From positions 1 through 54,307 of the forward strand of contig JABMPP010000111.1 in assembly GCA_013202955.1 (NCBI GenBank): DNA of 54,307 nt, read 5' to 3'. The first letter of the stretch is position 1; the number at the start of each line of letters is the position of its first letter. A model generated the notes under the pieces. It saw only the letters and a program-made list of their open reading frames with translations. It was not told the DNA's origin and ran no database searches. Below, in pieces: positions 24,388 through 32,500 of this stretch. The stretch is from Candidatus Woesearchaeota archaeon (lineage in GTDB: Archaea > Nanobdellota > Nanobdellia > Woesearchaeales > JABMPP01). The translations under genes and the position numbers were made by a program.

Positions 24388-26589
24388 ATGAAAAAAAGAG
24401 GTGTAAAGACGAAAAAGGCACAGGTTACACTATTTATATTAATAGGAGTAGTAATACTTTTTGCATCAGCTATTTATTTCTATGTTCAGAATAAAGAACA
24501 AGTTGATAAGTTAGGATTAGAGCTGGTTAGAGTTCAAGAAGCAATAGAACAACAAGCACCTGTTGATTATTATGTTGAACAATGTGTGAAAAAGATAGGA
24601 ACAGAAGCTTTTGAATTGGCTGGTTATCAAGGAGGACATGTTTATATTAATGAGAATGAATTTAACACCAATTGTTATGACCCAACAGAATGTGACCTTT
24701 TCATGCATGATGAGCTAAAAGTGCCTTATTGGAATTATTTAAGGTCAAGGAATACTGACCCAAATATAGTATTTTCCTCAAAAAGACCTAGTTTGCTTGA
24801 GACAGAAGAACAAGTAAGTGATTATGTTGAAACTGAGCTAAATAGGTGCTTAGATGACTTCAAAGTACTAGAAGGAAGAGGTTATAACTTTGAAATTCTG
24901 GGACAACCAAAAATAAGAACAAAAGTCAGATCCAATGATATCATACTTGAATTAAATTATCCATTCACAACAAGAAAAGGAGGAGAAGAAAAAGAATATG
25001 AGTTGTTTTATTCCACCTTAAACATTAATTTCAAAGATATTTATAATCTTGCCACAGAAATAACAGAAGCTGAGATAAATTATGTTTTCTTAGAGAGATT
25101 TACAAACACTGTTTTATCAAGTTTAGGAAGCCTTGATACTAATCTTGGAATTCCACCAAGATATATTTCCTCATTTGGTGCAACAGCAGGAATATGGATA
25201 CAACATCAAGTAAAGCAAAGAATACAGGAATCATTAACAATTCATTTTCCTTATATTAGAATACCATATACCTCAAATGATGTTCCCATAGAAATTGAGG
25301 TTGTTGATCCTTATACTGCAATAACCCAGGCAATGGTAAACAGCATGGTTTTCAATATACTTGAGAGTGATTATAATGATGTTTCAGTTGAGCTTTATTA
25401 TCTAAACTGGCCATCTTATATCAAAATAAATGATGGAGAAGCTGTTTTAGAACCTTCTTCACTTTTTTCCACACCAAGATTATTAAGAACAATTGGATTA
25501 GGTCAAATTTTCCAAGAATATGATTTTTCATTTGATGTAAGTTATCCTGTTCTTTTGGTTCTAAGAAATGAGGATTCATTATTTGGAAAAGGATATTCAT
25601 TTTATTTTGCATTAGAGTCTAATATTAGAGACAACCACCCATTAACAAACAACAGCCAGATTGTTAGATTTGAGACAGGAAGGGAATCCACCATTGCATG
25701 CAGGCCTTCACAAATGAGGAGTGGAGAGGTTACAGTAATAACCAAGGATAAGATAACCGGTGAATCTTTAGAAGATGTACAAATAGAATATTCTTGTGCT
25801 AATTTATTTACCTGCTTTAGTGGATCAACTGAGCTAATCAATGATTCAGCAATGTTCAAAGGAAAATTAAATATTAATTGTGTTGAAGGTGGTGGTTATT
25901 TAACAGCCACCAAACCAGGATATCAACCATTTTCTGTTTCATATACTGCTACACCAGAGGACTCTGATACAATTGAGATAGAAATTTATCCATTAAAAGA
26001 GGTTGAGATCAGAGTGATGAAAAGAACAAAGGATGATTTATATAATTTAAAGCATTGGACTAGTTATATGGGTTCATCAACCCAATCAGCGCGTTTACAG
26101 GCTTTAGAGGAGCTACAAACAGAATTAGGAGAGTATGATGAAACATATTTATCCTTACAAAGACATGCTCAGGAAACAGGAGAGCATGAATTTGAAACCT
26201 TTATGATGTTTGAAGCAAATTCAAGTGAAACCAAAACAATAAGCCTGATTCCAGGAACATATAGCCTATCTTCACAATTAATTTATCTTCAGCCAATGAA
26301 TGTAACAACAACTATTCCCGCCATAGAGTGTTCATGGTGGCAAGAATGGGTTGGTGGTTGTGAAGAAAGAGATGAAGAAGTTATAACTATGGAGCTTGAT
26401 TCAGCACCAATAGGTGGAGCTGAATTGAATGTTACAATAACTGATGACCTAAATGAAGCAGATAATATTACTTTCTATATAATGACCCCTGAAGACATAC
26501 CTTCTACTTCTGAAGAATTAAGTGATGCCTTGAATCTTGGAGAGCTATCAGAAGAACATGAATCATCCTTAAGGCCTGTTTTAAGATAA
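24388..26589 (+). CDS. Large (733 aa) protein with class III (archaeal type IV pilin-like) signal peptide and CarboxypepD_reg-like domain
   Basis: ATG at 24388 sits 7 nt after AGGTG; the track's 24367 start is TTG inside the upstream gene. The N-terminus MKKRGVKTKKA/QVTLFILIGVVILFASAIYF has a charged leader, then A-Q, then a hydrophobic helix. Paralogous to the 27653 ORF. Confidence 0.8.
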   Translation: MKKRGVKTKKAQVTLFILIGVVILFASAIYFYVQNKEQVDKLGLELVRVQEAIEQQAPVDYYVEQCVKKIGTEAFELAGYQGGHVYINENEFNTNCYDPTECDLFMHDELKVPYWNYLRSRNTDPNIVFSSKRPSLLETEEQVSDYVETELNRCLDDFKVLEGRGYNFEILGQPKIRTKVRSNDIILELNYPFTTRKGGEEKEYELFYSTLNINFKDIYNLATEITEAEINYVFLERFTNTVLSSLGSLDTNLGIPPRYISSFGATAGIWIQHQVKQRIQESLTIHFPYIRIPYTSNDVPIEIEVVDPYTAITQAMVNSMVFNILESDYNDVSVELYYLNWPSYIKINDGEAVLEPSSLFSTPRLLRTIGLGQIFQEYDFSFDVSYPVLLVLRNEDSLFGKGYSFYFALESNIRDNHPLTNNSQIVRFETGRESTIACRPSQMRSGEVTVITKDKITGESLEDVQIEYSCANLFTCFSGSTELINDSAMFKGKLNINCVEGGGYLTATKPGYQPFSVSYTATPEDSDTIEIEIYPLKEVEIRVMKRTKDDLYNLKHWTSYMGSSTQSARLQALEELQTELGEYDETYLSLQRHAQETGEHEFETFMMFEANSSETKTISLIPGTYSLSSQLIYLQPMNVTTTIPAIECSWWQEWVGGCEERDEEVITMELDSAPIGGAELNVTITDDLNEADNITFYIMTPEDIPSTSEELSDALNLGELSEEHESSLRPVLR

Positions 26590-26590
26590 A

Positions 26591-27361
26591 ATGAAATCAT
26601 ACTTTAAGAAACAAAAGAAGGTATTTATAGAATCAATAAAAGACTGTTTAAAAATAAAAAAAACATTTAAAATTGCCGGAGTTGATTTTTTAGGCTATTC
26701 TTTAATAATATTTATCTCTTTAGTCATCACAGGTTATTTGAATTATTTAATGAGTAAAGTGTTGTTTTTTGGAGCCTTGGAAAAAGAGGAGCTAATAGGA
26801 AGTATTGCTCTGATGGATTCTTTTTTGTTTGCCTATACAAAATTTAAAGTATTGACAATTTTCCTAACAATATTACTTTTACTGATAACTTATTTTATAA
26901 TCGCAGTATTTAAGGGTGGAATTTATTCAAGCATCTTAAAGAAAAAACTTTATTGGGGGCATATTTGGAAGAAATTTTTATTAAATATTATTTGGTTTAC
27001 ATGCTGGATTGTAATTTTATTGGTTACTATCCTTATTTTAAGAAACACAGTGATGGTTTATGTATTTTGGATATTGGTATTACTTATTTTTCATCTAACA
27101 CCAATTCTATATCTTAAGTTCACCCAGAAAGATAAAATATTTAATTCTATAAAAGAAGCATTAAAAACAGGTTTTAAAAAGATACATCATTTTATAATTC
27201 CTTATTTAGTCATATTACTTTATTTTATTTTAATCTCATTTATTGGTTATTTTGTTTCTCTTGCATCAGAAACATTATCTGTGATCATTATTGTCTTATT
27301 ATTATTTGATTTAGTTACCTGGTCAAGATATTATATTATTAGGGTTATAAAGTACTACTAG
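26591..27361 (+). CDS. Polytopic membrane protein (about 5-6 TM helices), function unknown
   Basis: 256 aa with repeated long hydrophobic stretches separated by K-rich loops. It starts 1 nt after the upstream stop. Confidence 0.65.
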   Translation: MKSYFKKQKKVFIESIKDCLKIKKTFKIAGVDFLGYSLIIFISLVITGYLNYLMSKVLFFGALEKEELIGSIALMDSFLFAYTKFKVLTIFLTILLLLITYFIIAVFKGGIYSSILKKKLYWGHIWKKFLLNIIWFTCWIVILLVTILILRNTVMVYVFWILVLLIFHLTPILYLKFTQKDKIFNSIKEALKTGFKKIHHFIIPYLVILLYFILISFIGYFVSLASETLSVIIIVLLLFDLVTWSRYYIIRVIKYY

Positions 27362-27450
27362 TAGGAAAAGTAATACTTTAATGGGGTGAAAAACGTAAGT
27401 TACGGAAAACAAAGTTTTTCTATGTTAGAAAATCTTCGATTTTCGAAACC

Positions 27451-27459
27451 TTTATATAT
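27451..27459 (+). promoter_or_regulatory. TATA-box-like element for the second transcription unit of the cluster
   Basis: tttatatat lies about 50 nt upstream of the ATG at 27510, in the only sizeable intergenic gap of the cluster. It is preceded by short inverted repeats. Confidence 0.4.
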
Positions 27460-27509
27460 CATTAAAGTAAGAATAGTACTATTAGTATGAAAAGTATGAC
27501 TTTAAAACA

Positions 27510-27656
27510 ATGAAAAAAGGAGTAACAAAGGACAAGATTAGCATTTCTCTTGATAAAGAACTACATGAAAAGCTAAAAGAGCATTGTGAAAAAAACATGG
27601 TTAAGCTCTCAACATATATAGAGCATCTTATAAAAAAAGGACATAAAGGAAAATGA
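27510..27656 (+). CDS. Small ribbon-helix-helix (CopG/Arc/MetJ-like) protein, absent from the ORF track
   Basis: Hand translation gives MKKGVTKDKISISLDKELHEKLKEHCEKNMVKLSTYIEHLIKKGHKGK (48 aa). It shows a beta-strand, helix, helix RHH pattern. The stop TGA at 27654-27656 overlaps the ATG at 27653 of the next gene (ATGA). Confidence 0.6.
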   Translation: MKKGVTKDKISISLDKELHEKLKEHCEKNMVKLSTYIEHLIKKGHKGK

Positions 27657-29545
27657 AAAAAAAGAGAGGTCAAATTACAACGTTTATTGTAATGGGAATG
27701 ATAATAATACTATTGCTTTCTATATTTATCTACTTAAGGCAGTCAACAACATTTTTTAATCCAGAGAAAGTGCTGCCTGCTGAGTTTGTGCCTGTGAAAA
27801 GATATGTAGAGCAGTGTGTTGAAACAACAGCAAAGGATGCTGTTTTCCTTGCAAGTATGCAGGGAGGTTATGTAGAATTGCCTCTTTGGATAGAAAGTGA
27901 TCCAGACAGCTATGTTGGAGAAGGGCTAAAGATTCCTTTGTGGTTTTATAATGGTCAGAATAGAATGCCAGAATTAGGAGATATTGAAGATGGCATAGCA
28001 GAGCATGTAAACTCAAATCTAAAAAATTGTTTAGGAAATTTTGAAGGGTTCAGTGAGCAGTTTGATATAATGGAAATAGCTGAACCAGTCACAACAGTTT
28101 CTATAAGTGATGATAATATATTCATAAGAACAGAATACCCATTAAAGATAGCAAACAAGCAAGGCACTGAAACAACTGATTGGGAGGATTTTGTTTCTAC
28201 ATTTGAAGACAGCTTAGGAAAGAAATACAGACTTGCATCCTTAATAATGAACCATGAGAATGAAAATTCTTTCCTTGAAGCGCTCACAATGGAGATGATT
28301 GCTACATCTGATTTCCCAAATGAAGGATTAGAGTTAACATGCGGAAAAAGAGAGTATGATATTGATGAGGACCTTGTTCCATCATTAAAACTAATGCTTC
28401 TGGCAAATTTAAGGTATCTGACATTTGAAAATACCCAGACAAGAGAGCTTCCAACAGAATATCATGAAAATCTCTACAGATTCACTGTTACAAGGAAGGA
28501 TTTCTCTGATTTGAGAGTTGATGCAATGTTTGACAGAGATTCTGATATTATAATGGATGTTTATCCACAGGAAAACAGAATTGTAGAGCCAGTAAACCTT
28601 AATGTGCCTTTTATAAACACCTGCTTTAAGATATATAATCACAAATATGATATTTATTATCCATTAACATTCCAGATAATTGACCAGGGAGAAGAACCAA
28701 GTTATTTCTTGTTCTCAACTCCTGTTGTAATTGATAATAGTGCACCAAACAGAGTTTATGGTATTAGGGAACCATTAATAGAAGACACAATAAACCAAGG
28801 AGATTATTGTGAAGACAAACAGTTTATGTTAAATGTGTATGCTATAGATGAATACACAAATGAGTTTATTCCTAATGCTGATATAAAATTTCAATGCGTA
28901 AGATTCATGTGTGATATGGGCACAACCTCAATAAGAACAATTGATGATGGATTGGTTCCAGATGCTTCTGATTTTGTGCTTGAAACAGAATTCCCAGCAT
29001 GTGGGGGGGGATTCTTAATAGCAGAAAAAGAAGGTTATATGAGGGGATTCACCGAGGACATATTAACAGGAGAGGTAACAATAACAGGAGAAACACATGT
29101 GTATGAAGGAGAGCAACATAATATTTACATGACACCATTAAAAACTCTTGATTATAGAGTGCTGGTTGTTGAATTTGAAGGGAATGAAACAATCCCAAAT
29201 ATTAGGGAGCTAGAGGATGATGAGATTGCAATAATAAAACTCACAAATGAGGATAAGGATTATAGTGAAACCCTTATTTATCCATTTGAATATAATTTAT
29301 ACAGCAACATAACGCTTATAGTTGGTGATTATACATATGGGATTGATATAACTCTGATGCAAAATGAAACATACACAGGTGGGTTAATAGGAGATTGGGA
29401 CACAACCGGAAACAGCATTTATAGTGCAGAGAGAATTGATTTTTATGTTTTAAAGAAAACAGAGGATCCTGTTGAAACAAATTATGTTGGATTGGCTGAA
29501 CTTATAGATTTAGCTTCACTAGATTATACCCCAAGAATAAGATGA
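27653..29545 (+). CDS. Large (630 aa) protein with class III (pilin-like) signal peptide, paralog of 24388..26589
   Basis: N-terminus MKKKRG/QITTFIVMGMIIILLLSIFIYL. Shared blocks are PV..YVEQCV......F.LA..QGG.V, LK[IV]P.W.Y and N..L..CL..F. A CarboxypepD_reg-like segment is also present. Confidence 0.8.
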   Translation: MKKKRGQITTFIVMGMIIILLLSIFIYLRQSTTFFNPEKVLPAEFVPVKRYVEQCVETTAKDAVFLASMQGGYVELPLWIESDPDSYVGEGLKIPLWFYNGQNRMPELGDIEDGIAEHVNSNLKNCLGNFEGFSEQFDIMEIAEPVTTVSISDDNIFIRTEYPLKIANKQGTETTDWEDFVSTFEDSLGKKYRLASLIMNHENENSFLEALTMEMIATSDFPNEGLELTCGKREYDIDEDLVPSLKLMLLANLRYLTFENTQTRELPTEYHENLYRFTVTRKDFSDLRVDAMFDRDSDIIMDVYPQENRIVEPVNLNVPFINTCFKIYNHKYDIYYPLTFQIIDQGEEPSYFLFSTPVVIDNSAPNRVYGIREPLIEDTINQGDYCEDKQFMLNVYAIDEYTNEFIPNADIKFQCVRFMCDMGTTSIRTIDDGLVPDASDFVLETEFPACGGGFLIAEKEGYMRGFTEDILTGEVTITGETHVYEGEQHNIYMTPLKTLDYRVLVVEFEGNETIPNIRELEDDEIAIIKLTNEDKDYSETLIYPFEYNLYSNITLIVGDYTYGIDITLMQNETYTGGLIGDWDTTGNSIYSAERIDFYVLKKTEDPVETNYVGLAELIDLASLDYTPRIR

Positions 29546-32500
29546 AAAACAACAAATTACCAATAATTGTATTGTTTTTGATAGTTTTACTTCCAACCTC
29601 GTATGCTCTTGTTATTGAATTTATTAGTGTGACAACTTTTGAAGATTATGCATTAGTTGAATGGAGCACTGATGTTGATGCTAATTCCGAAATTGAATAT
29701 GGAACAAATGAATCACTTGGGATATTTGTTGAGAACGACGAATACTTAACAGAACATTTAATGAATATATCTGAATTAGAACAAAACACTGATTATTTCT
29801 TTGTTGTAACATCATGCACAAATGAAAGTGTGTGTGAATCATCTGATATGGAGAGCTTTTCTCTTTTAGGTGATAATCCTGTGTTTAACCTAACAATAAC
29901 AATGGATGAGCTTCCAGATAAGGTAAACACAACAAGATATATTTTATCAGGTGTGACAGAAGGAAATGTTCTTATTAGAGCTTATATTGATATAGATGAA
30001 AACCCAGATCCCATTCTTATAACTCATGTTGATGGCACATCCAATCATGCAATCACAACTGATAATGTTACAGGTATTTTTGAGGGCATAATATCTCTTA
30101 ATCCAGGATTTAACAACATAACATTAAAAGGAAGGAAACAAGGTAGAATAAGCAGTATAGACCTGCTTGTTTATGCTGATGTTGTAATACCCAGAGTTTC
30201 TTTAAATCCTATTCCTGAGGCAGTAAGAAGCGAAATGATTTATATCTCAGGCACTGTAACTGAGGAGGCACTTATAGAAATATTTTCTGATAATAACATT
30301 GTTTATGTGTTTAATGTTCCTATGGGACCATTTAATAGATCAAATATTTCAATTGGAGAGGTAAATGATGGGAATGAAGAGTTCTTTAATATTAGCTTAA
30401 GAGCAACAGATGATGTTGGTAATTCAGATACTTCAAACACATATAATATAAAAGTGGACAAAAAAGCACCTGAAATAGATTTTATAACAGATTTTAACCT
30501 AGCAACACATTCAACAATACTCAAAATAGAGGGAAACACAGAACCCTATGCAAATGTAAAGATAACAAACATAGGAAATTTCACAGATATATTTAGATTC
30601 AGAGAAGAAAGTGCTGTTAGCTTAATACAAATGGATCCAACCGGGCGTATATTAGGAAATGAAAGAGAGGCAACAGCAGATTCAGATGGTTATTTTAGTG
30701 TTAGTGTAAGTTTATTTCTTGGTTTTAATAACTTTTACATCAATGTTAGTGATAAGGTTGGAAACAGCATAGGTGAACATGAGAGCATCAGCTCGATTCC
30801 TGGTTCTGTTAATTGGTATGCATCGCAGGTTGAAGGTTACCCAACAAATATTTATTTTGAGGATATGGGGCCTGGATTTGATGCAACAGCATTTGTTGTT
30901 TTAGATTGGGTTGGTGGATTGGATGCACCTGTTGAAGCTGATGTAAAAAATGCAAGAATAGATGACAGAAGCAGAGGAGACAACCAGCTTATAAGTGATG
31001 TATCAGAGATAAAATCATATTATGACAGCACAAACAAGAGATTATATTCATTATTATCAGTCAAGGTAAAGCCATGGGCAGGAACAGCTGATGAATTGTT
31101 TGATCATCTTACTGATTCTATTCCAAAAGTTGATTTTGAAAAGCAACTTATAGCTCATTTTGAGCTTAGTGTGCAGGAAAAATATGCTGATGGATCATCA
31201 ACAACAGTAAAAAAATATGATAAAGTGGCTTATGCTGTTCAAAAGCCAGAGAATCTTGCCAAATGGCTTCCTCCTGAGATGATAAATGCAACATTGAAGA
31301 ACTTTATCAACCCTGCCATTAATATATTAGAAAAAGCAAAAGAATACACATTGTATCTAACAGGAGGATTTTTAGTGGGATGTGGTGCATCTATTGCTGC
31401 AAATTATATTGCTGCATTACTGCCAGATGCAGACACTGAGAAGTTTAAAAAAGCAATGTATTGGACATGTGACAGAGTTCTGTGTCCGACTGTTCCACCA
31501 ATGTGTGATGAAGAGTTTAAGGGTGGAGGGAATTCATGGACATTAGAAGAAGGAAAAGATAGGATAGATGTTGTGTATATGAATTATGATAATCTTGATC
31601 CAGATGAAAGAAGAAAACATAGATGTCCTAATGGAACAAAAGTTCTTATTCAAATCAATAAATTCAAAAAAGTGTCAAATCTTTTTGGATTAGGAAATGA
31701 TATAACTGAGACAAGAGAGCCTGAGTATTACTGCAGTGATAATAGCCCAACAGAATTAGGACAACCACGTGGACAGACTTTCCTTGGTTGCTTTAATAAG
31801 GAAGCTCCTGACTATGATGGTACAAAATGCTGGCTGGATGACAGCACATCAAAAGGAATAAACCCAAGAGCAGGGTTTTTCAGCTCATTCAAATGTGGAT
31901 GTACACCAGCAATGTATGGTTATTCAGCAAATACCTTAAAGGTCTTTGAAGGACTTGAGAAATGCATGCAACAGGCAATGATAGGAGAGGTTGCATCTGG
32001 GTTCTGCGAAAGAATGCTTTTAATGTATGGATGTGATGTTGCAACTGATTTGTTTAAATATGCTTTTGGTGAGGTGTTTGCTGAAGGTGTTGGAAAAGGA
32101 GACAGAGGGGCTGTTGGTGGATATAAGGAAAGAGCTGAGGAAATAAAAAGCTCATTAGTTGGAAGATATGGTGACAGCATACATGAAACAATGGGATTAT
32201 CACCTGAAAAGCTTGTTAATGATGCATGTTTGTTTGCGTTTACAGGAGATTTACAATTATTTGAGGGTGCGCTTGAGCAGTTTATTCCAACAGTGCCAAT
32301 AGCACCTTATGCGTTGGTTATGGCAAGCTCAAGACAGAATGGGTATGACCCATTTATAGGACAAATGAATGTTGATTATAATATTTATGTTGGAATTGTG
32401 CCAGGAGGGCCAACAGAGGTTGAGCTAAAGCTTGTGTGTGACAAAAGCAGAGATGGTGGAGAATATTGCCCTGCACAAAGAGAAGAAGTTCTTGTAACTC

